A stretch of 64,000 nt of DNA. It comes from Octopus sinensis. Lineage: Eukaryota. Both the position numbers and the translations under genes were made by a program. The first letter of the stretch is position 1. Every line of letters begins with the position of its first letter. The notes beneath the pieces were generated by a model. It was not told the origin of the DNA. It saw only the letters and a program-made list of their open reading frames with translations, and made no database searches. Location: positions 56,978,001-57,042,000 of the forward strand of contig NC_043005.1 of NCBI RefSeq assembly GCF_006345805.1. Reading direction: 5' to 3'. Below, piece after piece: positions 10,990 through 25,973 of this stretch.

Positions 10990-13900
10990 AGATTGATGAG
11001 TCTTTTTGAGCAAAGCAAACCACCTATCATCTTAGTCTTTGTCATCCCCTCCAGGAGGCTGAACATATTGAGGTCAATTTTCACTACTTCATTCTATGTC
11101 TTCCTAGATTCCCTTCTTTCATAGGTTCCATTCACATTTAGCAGTCAGCACTTCTTTATGCTGCTGTTCACATCTATACGTATCACATTACCATACCAAT
11201 TCAGTCTTCTCACTCACATACACCTGATACCACTTATGCCAAATTTTCCTCTCATCATGTTTAAACTTGGTTGTATGTGCATACTGATGTTGCACATCCA
11301 TCAGTACATGGTAGCTTCATTTCTGTCTAGCCTATGCCTGCTCACTGCATTCATGGCCAATGTTTCACTATCATGTAGCATTAGCATCATATAATCTGTT
11401 TTTCAGTCTGAGAGAGTGGCCTTTTGTTATAGAGGTGATAGCTCTCTGGACTTTTTCTCCACTCAGTCCTTATTTTTGCAACTTAGCTTTCAGAGCATTC
11501 TCATCCACTGCTAATTTGGTCACCCAGGGTAACAGAAATATCTACTACCACTAAGGAATCCTCCTGGGTGTTTGAGGTAATTTGTTTTCTGTGTTCTTAG
11601 TGTTTGTTTTTGTGCATCTGCCACACAAAGCCTATTTTCTCTAACCTCCCTGTGATTCCATGCACCTCTTACATGTCTACATTTTGCACAAGGTGCACTG
11701 TATCCCAATATCTTTCCTACATATCAAACAAGGCCATTTTCCTGAAGGGATTTGTATTTTGTCTGTTTTCCTGCACACTAGAACTTTGATCTTTACAAGT
11801 TTACTTAAGGGCCATTTGATTTCAAGTTATTCCTCACCATCTGGAATTCCTTTTCTAATTCTACTATAGATCCAGATACAAGAGCACAGTCATTAGCAAT
11901 GAGTCTCCTGTTATGGCCTAGAGGACTCTAATAAATATGAGAAGACTTAAAACTGACCCCACCTGCACACTAAATCTAAATTTATTGTTATACTAATTAC
12001 TAATTCTTTCTTTACTGACAACAACTTTGTACATGGCTTGGATGACTTTCACCAGCCACTTGGGTACCCCTACATCTGTAACAAGAGACCATGGAGAAGG
12101 TTATTTCTCCATGTTGAGAAATACCAAGTACAGCTGTTTATTTTTAGGCAAAATATTTCTCTTGCATTTGACTTATTATGAAGATAGTGCCAGTAGTGCT
12201 TCTCCTTGGCACAAAACCAAACTGCTCTCATCTTGGGTAACACTTTCTCTAATTAGTTGAGCTATGACCCTTTCTATAACTTTCCTGACCCAGCCCAGCA
12301 ATTTGATACCTCTAATTGCTTTTCTCCTTTTGTTACAAGTGACTATAATACTCTTTTCTAATCTAGGCACAAGGCCTGAGATATTTGGGAGGGGGCCAGT
12401 CGATTAGAATGACCCCAGTACGCAACTGCTACTTAATTTTTCAACCCCAAAAGGATGAAAGGTAAAGTTGACCTTGGCAGAATTTGAACTCAGAATGTAA
12501 AGACAGATGAAATATCATTAGGCATTTTGCCCGGCGTGCTAATGTTTGTGTCAGCTCACCACCTTAAGTGACTATAATACTGCCACATCAATTGTTAGGT
12601 ACGATACCTTCCTGTGCAACCTGATTAATCGCTTGTTAAGATTATCTCTACAGATTTTCTATAGAAATTATAGCCAGCACTAATTTGTTACAATGTTTTG
12701 TATCCAGATACATATAAAAATTTAAACAACAATGCAATTGAAAATGGAAAAATGGGTAACGAGTGTTTATGCCATATTTCAGGAGTTCTTATTCCTTCAT
12801 CAGTATCACATCCAACCCATTAACCATCCACAAACTCATTGCTTAAATAGCCACGAAATATAATGGTGTAACTTTACTGGATAAATCAATTTTACAAGTC
12901 ATTAACCTGATTAATAATACAGGAGACTAGGTCTTATCCAACTCCACCAGATCTTTTTAGTATCTCATCAGTAATTTATGATGGCCCAGGAGTCTTCCCT
13001 GTCTACATATTATGTTGCTGTCATCTAGGATAGCTGGTCCTTCTTTTGGGTTCATATTAGGAAAACACTCCTCTTCCTATACACTCTCCACAGATAGTAG
13101 CCTTTCATATCAGCCTCTTTCTTTCCAGAATCACTAAGTACAAGCACATCAATCATCCATCTGTATACAGTTCTCACTCACAGTATCACAATTTTCTCTG
13201 ATACACTGTTTTTCAATTCAGAATATCATGTCCCTGGTTTTCATGCCATAGAACATTGGCACATCTCTTCCTTTTTTGCTTCTCTCCTTGCCAGATAGAC
13301 CTGTCGCCTAGCTTCTCTTCTAACCTCCTGGTATGTTCCTCTGCTACCCTTTTTCTTCCAATCCTAGTTTCTTTTTTAGTTTTGTGACCCTGTCGACTTC
13401 ACTGTTCCACCATTTCATCCTTGGTCAAGCTGGAACTTTGTAATCTTCAGTAGGTTTACCCAAAAGAACTTCCAGTTCTCCTCTACATTATATGTTTCTA
13501 TCTCATCCCCCATTTCACCAAGTGCTTCAACTAGTACTTCTCTAATTTTCTGACTGTTCACTGAATCTTTAAGTTGCCATAACTTTCTTTTAGCTTTAAG
13601 TCTGAAGTCACTAGCCACTGATTGAAGTTGGGTTGTAGGTTCCTCATCCCAGAAGGTTTTTGCATTCACAAGCATCTGTCTAGCCTGTTTTCTTGTGAGA
13701 ATGTAGTCAATCTGGCTTGTGTGCCTACTAAATTGGTTGCTGATCATCAGCTCATTTGCATCACAGAACTCTAAGAGCCTTGCTCCCTTGTCACTTCTAG
13801 GATCAAAGCCATAGCCTACATATATAGCATGAAATCAGTGTTCATTGAAGTCCCCAACCACAAAGATGATTCACTATTATTTGTCATTGAGCTAATCTGC

Positions 13901-14230
13901 AAAACAGTTTTGTAAAATCAGTTGTTTTGTTCATTTACCACTCTCAGTTGAGGAGCATATACAGAGATGAATGCTGCTGTTGTATTTTCCAAGATTTGTC
14001 CTAAAATTAATTATCCTGTCACACCCTCTAATTACATTGATCACCTTATTTATCAATTTCTCTGCCAAAAATATAACTACATCTCCCACGCCATCACTAT
14101 TGCACAGCCAGAAGAATCTATATCTTTGTTCCTTGCCCATGGGAGTTTAACTGAGGCTCCTCTCCGCCTTGCATCTTGTACACAGCAAACATCTACATTC
14201 CTGTTTTAGTATTTCAATAAGCTCATCAGA
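10990..14230 (-). mobile_element. Decayed RTE-clade LINE (APE + RT), nearly full ORF span
   Basis: Minus strand: APE motifs VQDARRRGAS..GKEQRYRFFW..GVGDVVIFLAEK, GYGF..RSDKG.RLLEFCDANELMISN, SQIDYILTRK. RT motifs RGIKLLGWVRKVIERVIAQLIRE, QEKYFA.NKQLYLVFLNMEK, KFRELSPL.TKG.SLRLK.RLYDA, GRPRKT.NEVV. Confidence 0.85.
12362..12565 (-). mobile_element. tRNA-derived SINE (third family) inserted in the RTE LINE
   Basis: Revcomp ggtgagctgacacaaacattagcacgccgggcaaaatgcc...tctgagttcaaattctgccaaggtcaactttacctttcatccttttgggg. Same family as 35263-35600 and 63808-63975. Confidence 0.7.
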
Positions 14231-14868
14231 CCTACCTCTTGTGCCTAGATGGATTGTGGGTGTTCTGATTTTATGGACTGCTTGGGAGGAACAAGTGGGC
14301 AGCATCTGAAAAGAAGGAGGTTTTGTATGAACATTTGTTTAAGGTTAGAGGGCTCTTGTACATATCCAAATAATTATTACAAGTACGTCTGTTCAATAAA
14401 TTACCATATCTCCCAAATCCCCAGGGCTTCACCAGAAAGGGTGGAAGGCCAAGAAACTACGACTGGGGTGTGAGGTACATTCGCTAGTGACTTTCTGCAT
14501 ATACTGTACATGCATTATATTATATATATATATACCCACATGAGTACACCTTATAAGTAAAAGAACTGCAGGAAGAATGCTACTGATTGGTGTGGTTGGG
14601 TGAGAGTTGGAAAGGGAAGGGAGAATTACAAGAGCTGATACCATCTCTAGTCAAGCAATCATTAACTTTAGTACTTTTACATTTAACATATTATAGTAAC
14701 TTAATTAGGTAACTAGAAATCTTTCAGAAAACAATATGAAAATTCATTTGGTGCCTGTCAGATTATTTGAGGATTTGGGGAACACAGCAAAAACATTGAA
14801 CAATATTATCACATATTGAAAGTAAATAGCAGTCAGGTACTGAAGTCTCATCAATGAACATATCAAGA

Positions 14869-14902
<34 letters not shown>

Positions 14903-14926
14903 ATACGTACGTACATATATATATAT

Positions 14927-15285
14927 ATCATCATCATCATTTAACGTCCGTTCTCCATGCTAGCATGGGTTGGACGGTTCGACCGGGGATCTGGGAAGCC
15001 AGAAGGCTGCACCAGGCTCTAGTCTTATCTGGCAATGTTTCTACAGCTGGATGCCCTTCCTAACGCCAACCACTCCGTGAGTGTAGTGGGTGCTTTTTAC
15101 GTGCCACCTGCACAGGTGCCAGGCGAGGCTGGCAACGGCCACGGTCGGATTGGTGTATTTTATGTGCCACCGGCACGAACCCAGTCGAGGCGGTGCTGGC
15201 ATCGGCCACAAGTCGGATAGTGCTTTTTACGTACCACCAGACCAGGGATCCTGGCTGGTTCAATTCGATTTCGATTTTGATTTCG
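14927..15285 (-). mobile_element. RTE-tail SINE-like repeat, well preserved
   Basis: (cat)n tail, aacgtccgttctccatgctagcatgggttggacgg, and internal subrepeats 'gtgctttttacgtgccacc'. CpGs are retained. Confidence 0.75.
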
Positions 15286-15291
15286 CTTGCC

Positions 15292-15325
<34 letters not shown>

Positions 15326-18300
15326 AACACCAATTTTATGAATGTTAACACATTCTCAGATCATCCCTATGCAATTACAAACTCAACTTTTAACAAAACA
15401 ATGTTTCATATGACATATTGAAATGGTTTGCAAACAAAGGAATTTTCAAGTCGAATTTGAGTTATTTTAATGAAGCACTGACCAAAGCAGGATATACATC
15501 CTGAGTGGTGAGGTGACATACAATTCCATTAACACAAACCCATACATTCCACAAAATAAGTATGATAATTATTAGGTCCCACTATTAGAGGATAGGAATA
15601 TGGTCAGTGGGGGCATAAGTAACAATAGGAGTGATCAGAGAAATAGAGTTAAATAATAAATTTAATATTTAGAGAACTTCACTACGAGAACCTAATGTCT
15701 TGGTTATAAGTAGTGACTAAAAAAGGGAAAGAAAAATAGAAATAGACGGATAAAGTAATAATAGGAGATAAGCCAATTTGAATACTGGAAGCATATCAGG
15801 CTGAGAGGAAAAACAACTTAAGGAGTAGTGTAAATTATAAGAAGAGAGACACCACACATAACATGAACAATAATAGTCAAATAGGTAAATGATTATGTAA
15901 GAGAAAGATAATATAGTATAATCCATGTATCTTCTCAAATTGCTTCTGGTTTCTCCTGTGCATTGGATAAATACTTTCCTATGTTTAGTTGATATAAAAT
16001 ATTTATTAGACATGATTAAGTTATCTTACGCAACATCTTAAGAATATTATATTTCCAAATGGAATAATCAAAAACTTAAGCAACATGTTAGTAACAATGT
16101 AAATGATTGTAACATAAAAGCCTTACACACAGACTTGCTAGGGCATGGGTATATATGTACAATTATGTGTTAGTGTGAATGTGACCTTAGTGTGAGGTCA
16201 ATATATTCAAATGGAATGTCTTTTGTGCACTTGTAGAGGCATATGAATGCGTAAATGAATCTGACTAATCATTTTTTTGTAAGAACTTATCAAAATAATA
16301 TGTTCAGATAAAAACTTAGCCTTTGGTATGGAGACATGTCTCATTCCTAGGTAAATTGAATTTCTATAGAAACCTTGAAATAAGAAGTTTTCAAAACTAA
16401 TAACTTAATTTATGACAGAAAACTGGTCTGTACTATATACAACCTGTATTGTGTTGGGCTGTCAGTGTGATAGGGGACTAATTGCATAAGCCAACAAAAG
16501 AAAAAGTTTTTTTTTATGTAAAAAAATCTCGAATTTTATTTAGTGTTTTTTTTTTGTCATATAGAGTCCAAAAATGGTATCCTTTTAGTAGTCATTTTAA
16601 GACCCTGGATCAAGAGGATTTTTTTTCAATAAAACAACTTATGAGGAACAAGGCAGAACATACAAACATACATAGAAACTGGCTTTTTTTCAAAACCAGA
16701 ATTTTTTCTTAAAATTCTACTGAAAAACTAGTAAAAGTCTTTAAATTTCTACTGACAAATTACATCATTGTTCATACCTAATTTCTCATGAATTTGCATT
16801 TGGATAATTTTCTTGAGTGCTAAACCTCAGGAAGATCATGCTATATGTACATCCATAATAATACAAATAAACATATACATGCACATACTTACAAATATAT
16901 ATATATATAACATAACAAGACATTAAATAATGATGATGATGACCCGCACATATGTATATATTTGAGGTTTGCGTGTATTTGTATATGTTAGCTCATTTGT
17001 GCTGCTGTGACAGAGAAAGCATCATGTATATTCTGCGAAATGGTTGGTGTTAGGAAGGGCTTCCAACTCTTGCAGCCATGTAATATGCTGGAGCTCAGCA
17101 CAGTCCTCTTGCATGTTGGTTTCTATTGAGTTGTCCAACCTATGCCAGTATGCAGATTATATTGCTTTGAGGCACTTGCAATAATGAAATGTATTGGAAA
17201 TATCGTTAATGAATTTAATAAGATATTCATTAGATGCCCTCACCATTTGAGGAGGATCTTTCTGCATAACAATCTATTTACTTTAGGTTTCATTATGTTT
17301 TTACAGTAAATATGCATAGTTTACTTAAATTATATTACTAATGTAAAATTAATCATTCTTGTGAATATAAATCCTGTTTATATTTTATATGTTGATACAT
17401 TTATATATGTTGATATGTTTGTGGTTTTCGGATATGTCCATATAATTCATTTTTCTAAAAAAAAAAAATCTTTTTTTTGTGTGTATATATATGTATATAT
17501 GTGCATAAACACTCACTCACACACACACACGTGTATGTGTGTAGACAAATGTGTATGTATATACACACATATATGCATATTTACATGTGTGTGTGTGTAC
17601 AGTGCATACTTTTATTATGTGTGTGTACATATATATGCGCACGCACGCACACACACACACGTGTAGTTATATATATTTTTGTACTGATGTTGCTACATTG
17701 CTAAGAAAGGCAACTAGCTGCAAACATACCTCAAAACATTTGCCTGTCCCCTGTTAGTTTGGAAAAAGTGCTTACTGAAGAGTGTGTGTGTATGCAAGAT
17801 CTAGTTTTCTGTGCTTGCATGTTTGGCAGTCTTTATTGAGGTATTTTTTATGACTGGATGCTTTTCTTCTTGCCAATAATAAATGACAACACTTGTAGGA
17901 TGGTATCATTTACTTACAACTATCACACAATGTAAAAACAAAGATGCATACACAAACATGAATATCTGCATGTGTACATACATGATGAGATTCTTCCAGA
18001 TTCTGTCTACCAAATCCACTCACAAGGCTTTGGTCAGCATGGGATGTAGCTGAACGTTGACTAAGGTGCAAGAGAATGGGGCTGAACCTCAAACCATGTG
18101 TTTGGGAAGTGGACTTAACTGCAAAACCAAGTCTGCACCCCCTCACACCATTTCATCATCATCATCATGTAATGTCCGTTTTCCATGCTAGCATGGGATG
18201 GATAGTTTGACAGGGTCTGGTGAGGTGCAAGCTTTGTTCAAACTCATTGTCAGATTGGCTTGGTTTCTATGGCATCTTACAAAGTGTACTTGGTGACCTT

Positions 18301-18439
18301 TGGAGATATGCTGTGCTTGAGAAGACCCAACAAGCCAAGTGAGACCATAGCTCATGGCCTATGCCAGTGGGTGTAACCAGTCCATTTATGAATACCCCTC
18401 ATTCATTGGACAATAAACCTTGCTTGTGAAGACATTGAG

Positions 18440-18908
18440 GCAAGTGAAATCAAAATCAAAATAGCTGACGTGGCCGATAACAGTACCGCTTGATTAGCAC
18501 TAGTGCCAGTGGAACGTTAAAAGCACATCCGAGCCAGGGCCACAAATTGGCTCCCATGCCAGTGACACATGAAAAGCACCGTTCAAACGTGATCGTCACC
18601 AGTGTCATTTTACCGGCACAGGTGCTGGTGGCATTATGAAAAACAACATTTGAGTGTGGTCGTTGCCAGTGCCGCTGGACTGGTTCCCGTGCAGGTAGCA
18701 TGTAAAAACACCTTTTGAGCGTGGTTGTTGCCAAAACCGCCTTACTGGCCCTTGTGCCAGTGGCACATAAAAGCACCCACTACACTCTCAGAGTGGTTGG
18801 CATTAGGAAGGGCATCCAGCTGTAGAAACTTTGCCAGATCAGATTGAGACTAGTGCAGCCTCTGGCTCACCAGCCCTCAGTCAAAGCGAACGTAAAACGA
18901 TGATGATG
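18440..18908 (+). mobile_element. RTE-tail SINE-like repeat with expanded internal ~45-60 nt subrepeats
   Basis: Repeated 'gtgccagtggcac(g/a)t(a)aaaagcacc' units, followed by ttaggaagggcatccagctgtagaaac and a (gat)n tail. Confidence 0.7.
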
Positions 18909-19076
18909 ATACACACACACACACACACACTGGACTTCTTTTTTGGCTTCTGTTTACCAAATTCACTCAAGGCTTTGGTTGACCTTGAGCTATAGTAGAA
19001 GACACTTGCCCAATGTGCCATGAAGTGGGACTGGACCCAGTTGTGAAACAAGCCTCTTACCACACAGCTATGCCTG

Positions 19077-19077
19077 T

Positions 19078-19123
<46 letters not shown>

Positions 19124-19280
19124 ATATGTGTGTGTGTGTGTGTGTGTATGTATATATGTGTGTGTGTGTGTGTATGTATATATATATGTGTGTGTGTATG
19201 TATATATATGTGTGTGTGTGTATGTCTATATATATATGTGTGTGTGTATGTACATATATATATATGTGTGTGTGTGTGTG

Positions 19281-19325
<45 letters not shown>
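19077..19325. repeat. Compound (TG)n/(TA)n microsatellite
   Basis: About 250 bp of alternating TG and TA runs. It produces several spurious ORFs. Confidence 0.95.
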
Positions 19326-19329
19326 ATTG

Positions 19330-19990
19330 TATTTGGTGCATCCTATACTATGTGGTCCTCTTATACACCTGATATCACTGTACTTAAAGCCAGCTGCACC
19401 AATATTGAGAAGATAATTTTGAACCAGATACATTTGGCTGTTCATGTAGTCAGGAGAGCAGGTGGAGTGCTGCCTAAATGGGTATTTCTTGAAGTAGTAA
19501 AAGAAGCCTCAGTATAAACCAAGGAAGTGGTTTAAGGATGTTATAAAAGGCAATCTTAAAGCTATGGATGTTGATGTGGATATCTGGGATACTTTAGCTG
19601 AAGTTTGTACTTCATGGAGAGATACTATCAAGTATAGATCTAGTGTCTTTGAGCAAGAGTGAGTAGAGCATGCTGCTTTGAAGCATTCACTCCTTAAGTG
19701 CAGTGCTTGTGAAAATCTAGCAGGAATTGAAGTGCAATGTGTGTGGACGATTTCTTCTTGCAAGAGCTGGATTTGTCAACCACCTAAAGTCACATGAGCC
19801 TCAGAGAAAGCAAGCTGCTTGTGAGATGGTCCTACCACCACATACTTAATTTGCAAGTTAGCTGGTGGGTTGAGCAAACATGGCAAAACACATATGAAGT
19901 GATGCCAGGAGATAGACAATTCATCTGTTACATCTGTGAATGTGCTTGCAGAACAGAACTGGGCTGAAAAGGCACCTGTGTGCACATGAT
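19330..19990 (+). mobile_element. 3' fragment of RTE/BovB-like LINE
   Basis: PKWVFLEVVKE...PRKWFKDVIKGNLKAMDVDVDIWDTLAEVCTSWRDTIKYRSSVFEQE resembles the RTE C-terminal pattern 'P.KR.KD.LK..LK...I....WE.LA.DR..WR'. Confidence 0.65.
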
Positions 19991-20821
19991 TGTGTAATGT
20001 TCAGTGAAGAGAAGGCACTCTTCTGATAAGAAGTGGCAATCAACCCCCCACATATTTATACACACTTACACACACCCACACCCCCACATATGTAAACCTA
20101 CACATACATAAATACACAGTTATAGATATGCATGTATGATGATGATATGCATGTCTATACACACACACACACACACACACACATACATGCATATATGGAT
20201 ACAGGACATCACAAACAGTAAACAACATGAAATACAAAAACAAATAAGTTGAATACGCAAGCAACGAGTGAAAAAAAAAGAAAACAGGTCAAGTAACATA
20301 AAGAACGGCCCTTCATCTGTTGTCGGCTGCCTATCTGCCCCTCATTTCGAGCATTGAATGGTAATATGAGTCTTCAAAGGCAGTTGCTTCCACAAAATCC
20401 AAAATAAAATTCGGGACAAAATTTAGTAACAAAAATAGGACAGTGGAGACATACAAGGAAACCAAACGAAAACAAACATGGGGGGTCATTAGACCAGACG
20501 AAGGTAAAATAGTGAACGCTGGAGAAATATTTTCTTTGACGAGAGAGATAGATAGGATACATCCAACCTTAAAAGAAAAGGAAGCTGATCACATGAGGAA
20601 AAGAAAGATGGACTATGGTAACATGTGAGCAACAAGAGAGAGTAAAGGAAAAAAGAGGGGAGAGTGAAAGAGACAGATAGGAAACGGTGAAGGGAGAAAA
20701 AAAGAATTAGAAAGGATGAGAGAGAAAATGATGGGGGAAAGAGAACAGTATAGGGTAGAGTTGTATCAATAAGATTAAGATAAACTTACTTGGACATGGA
20801 TGTGTGGCTTTCAATCAAATA

Positions 20822-21158
20822 ATGTGGTAAGTAGCTTGCTTACCAACCACATGGTTCCAGGTTCATTCCCACTGCGTGGCACTTTGGGTAAGTGTCTTCT
20901 ACTATAGCCTTGGGTCAACCAAAGCTTTGTGAGTGGATTTGGTAGACGGACTCTGAAAGAAGCCCGTTGTATATATGTATATATATGTATGTGTGTGTAT
21001 ATGTTTGTATCTATGTTTGTCCCCTCAACATCACTTGACAACCGATGGTGGTGTGTTTACGTCCTCGTAACTTAGTGGTTTGGCAAAAAGGACTGATAAA
21101 ATAAGTATCAGGCTTACAAAGAATAAGTCCTGGGGTCGATTTGCTTGACTAAAGGCAC
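20822..21158 (+). mobile_element. CORE-like SINE copy, truncated at both ends
   Basis: tgtggtaagtagcttgcttaccaaccacatggttccaggttcattccc...ggggtcgatttgcttgactaaaggc. Confidence 0.8.
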
Positions 21159-21162
21159 TGCC

Positions 21163-21196
<34 letters not shown>

Positions 21197-21429
21197 TACA
21201 TACATACATGCAATATATGGATACAGGACGTCACAAACAGTAAATGACATGAAATACGAAAAGAAGGTTATTAACTATTTTAAAAATGTCTTTTGAAAAA
21301 CACAAATTCCATGAAACTTTTGGGAAGAAGTTTCATGTTGTGTGTGAGTGCTTTCATTGTACAACTTTTCAAAACATGTTCTGGGCTAATACATAAAGAG
21401 GAAGTTGTTTTTAGTTATTGTGTTGACTT

Positions 21430-21870
21430 TTTCAGGTCAATTTCACATTTAGAATTCTTATAAAGTATTCTTCTTCTGCCTTTCATAGTTGATCATTTTT
21501 GTCCTTTATTTTGAAAAAAGAAAATATTTGGAATTTTACATATGTACAAATGTCTAGATGTACATTACATGGAACAATTCTAATAGATGAATACTTAATT
21601 TGCTGTTTGTGCATTCTCACATGGCTGGTTAGTCTTGATCCTGTTTCTGCAATGTAACTCTTGCATTTTGTTTAACAATTCATGTTTGCATTTATCTTCA
21701 ATTCCTTCCTATTCTTGTATGAATCTCACCCTTGTTAAGGAGTATTTTGAGATTTGGTGGTTGTCTTGGGCTGTTGATGTTTTGCAATTATTGAATTATT
21801 GAATTTGTTGGAGATTTGATGATTGATGTAGAAATGGGATGTGTGTCATTGGGCTGAATGTAAGATTTGG
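21430..21870 (-). mobile_element. Penelope-like GIY-YIG endonuclease remnant
   Basis: Minus strand INSPRQPPNLKILLNK (PLE 'RQPPNLK..L' motif) and the C-terminal segment F.FFKIKDKNDQL.KAEEEYFIRIL. Confidence 0.55.
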
Positions 21871-22132
21871 TTTCTAGGATTATGCATGGTGACAAATGGA
21901 ATATTTTTATGTGTTTTTGTTTTTACCCTCATTCTGCCTTACAGAGAAATTTTCATTGTGAGAGTTTCTGTAAGGCAGAGATTGGGATTTCGTTTGCATT
22001 GGTTTTGGCATGATTTATTAAGTTTTGTGGGGTATACACACATTTAGGTTTGTGTGTGTATATGTATGTATACACACATGCACATATGTATATACATACA
22101 CATAATGCATATCGATCAACATCAATGGAAAT

Positions 22133-22432
22133 TGCAGCTGTGATACCAGTGCCGGTGGCATGTAAGAGAACCATCCGAACGTAGCCGTTCGGTGGCACGT
22201 AAAAAGCACCATCTGTTCGTGGCTGTTGCCAGCCTCGCCTCGCACCTGTGCCGGTGGCACGTAAAAAGCACCCACTACACTCATGGAGTGGTTGGCGTTA
22301 GGAAGGGCATCCAGCTGTAGAAACATTGCCAGATCAGACTGGGCCTGGTGCAGTCTTCTGGCTTCCCAGACCCCAGTTGAACCGTCCAACCCATGCTAGC
22401 ATGGAAAGCGGACGCTAAACGATGATGATGAT
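22133..22432 (+). mobile_element. RTE-tail SINE-like repeat, well preserved
   Basis: gtgccggtggcacgtaaaaagcacc subrepeats, ending ...gcatggaaagcggacgctaaacgatgatgatg. Confidence 0.75.
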
Positions 22433-23454
22433 GATATATATATGTGTGTGTATGTGTGCACATGAGACTGATGAAATGCACATGGTTTGCATTAAGAATG
22501 TGATATTATGAATTCATTTATGCTCATATTAATATATATATTTATGAAATGTATTTTTCATATAATATTGAAACAGATGTAAAGAATTAAATGTAATATT
22601 ATAATTTCCAACCCATAACTTAATATATTTTTTACTCTTTGACCAATTTAATTAGCTTGGAATTTAATTTTGTATAGATAGTTTTCTTCTTAAAGATAAA
22701 CCATCTACAGATATACAGTGTGTTAGCCAATATTCACAGGTGTGCTGACCAAGGATCCATCTCAGTTTCTTTTCTTCTCTTTCAGCACACACACACACAC
22801 AACTATAAGTTCAGCAAAATATATTTTTACCCATAGGCTTTGTCAGGGACTAAAGGATGTGATGTACTTCATTTGGTTAAAGAGAGTACTACGTAGAAAG
22901 ATAGATAAATAGGTAAAGTGTAGGTAACTGCACACAATGCCAAATATGGTAGGGATGGAGAAAGCTTTTGTAGCTGCTGGTGTCCATGGTGATGTATGAA
23001 AGTCAGCTGAGATTGTTAGTGTCACTAAGTCAAGTGGAGTGTTGACAATGGTTGTAGGTTATTTGGTGTGGGTGGGTACTGGTGAAAAAAAAAAGATGAG
23101 TGGGAGTAGCTGTGACAATGATGGTTTTGGGGGAAAAAGGTTGGAGTGATAAGTGTCTGTGATAGTAGAGGTGTTGATGTGTATGTGTGTGTGTGTGTAT
23201 ATATATATACATATATATATTAGTGTTTGAAGTGATGTACAGATATTGTATATTAAGAAAAAGGAGGCAGTCAGATATGTTTCACAGAAAATTTCTTTGG
23301 CCATTTATACAGATTGAAAAGAGGATGTTCAAACCAAAGCAACATCCTCTTCTCAATTTGTATAAAAGGCTGAAGAAATTTTCTATGAAACTTATCTGAA
23401 GAGCCCTATTGAACGGACAAAAGCACTAATAAACAATTATTCAAAATTCTGTCT

Positions 23455-23506
<52 letters not shown>

Positions 23507-23884
23507 TTTTACTTGTTTCAGTCATTTGACTGTGGCCATGCTGAAGCACTGCCTTATATAAATGTATACATAATCATTGTTTAGCACCCCCTTCCAAGTT
23601 GGCATGAGTCGGACACATTGAATCAGAGGATATCTTGATCCCCAATATCTTTTTTGGCAGGGTTTCTGTAGTTGGATGCACTTCCTGATGCCAACCACTT
23701 TACTGGAGTGTACTGGATACATCTTTGTGATACCAGCACAAGTAGCTCACAAAATAGGAAAAGCTCCTTAGATTGAGTGAGGTTGTAGTAGAGAGGAAGG
23801 TGGCTTTATGTTAAATGGTGATAACATATATATATATATACACACACACATGCATGTTATAAATACATTCACACACAGATATAC

Positions 23885-24232
23885 CTACTCTTTTACTCTT
23901 TTGTTTCAGTCATTTGACTGCAGCATTTGATTGACCTCAGAACTTATTCTTTGTAAGTCTAGTACTTATTCTTTTGGTCACTTTTGCCCAACCACTAAGT
24001 TATGGGGATGTTGACACACCAGCGTCAGTTGTTAAGCGATGGTGGGGGGACAAACACAGACACACATACACGACAGGCTTCTTTCTGTTTCCCTCTTCTA
24101 AATCCACTCACAAGGCTTTGCTTGGCTCGAAGATTTAGTAGAAGACACTTGCTCAAGGTGCCACACATTGAGACTGAACCCAGAACCATGTGGTTCATAA
24201 GCAAGCTACTTACCATACAGCCACTCTTGCAC
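23885..24232 (-). mobile_element. CORE-like SINE copy
   Basis: Revcomp of the same family as 5461-5852. Confidence 0.8.
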
Positions 24233-24251
24233 CTATATCATCACAGCCACT

Positions 24252-25630
<1,379 letters not shown>

Positions 25631-25932
25631 TGCTTTTCTTCATGCTGGCATGAGTCAGATAGTTTGGCAGGAGCTGGTGGCCAGCTGGGGAGGTAACAGG
25701 CTCTATCTGGTATGTTTTGGCATGGATTCTATGGCTGGATGCTCTTCCTAATGCCAATCACTTTACAGAGTGTACTAGCTGCTTGTAACGTGACATTTGT
25801 ATGGGCACTTTTATGTGGTGCAGGTATGAATGTTTTTATGCAGAACTGGCATGGGCACTTCTATGCGGCATTGGCACTGGCATTTTTACATGGCACCAGC
25901 ATCCATGAGCCCACAGTATATATACATGCACG

Positions 25933-25973
<41 letters not shown>

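Noticed and set aside
19013-19517. Many overlapping ORFs rich in YI/CV/HT repeats (also near 1286, 3317, 4758, 17361, 25494, 53217, 54050, 62822)
   Set aside because: Translation artefacts of (TA)n/(TG)n/(CA)n microsatellites.
20290-20360. Possible further PLE tail with cagatgaaggg on the minus strand
   Set aside because: Core elements are not in a foldable arrangement.
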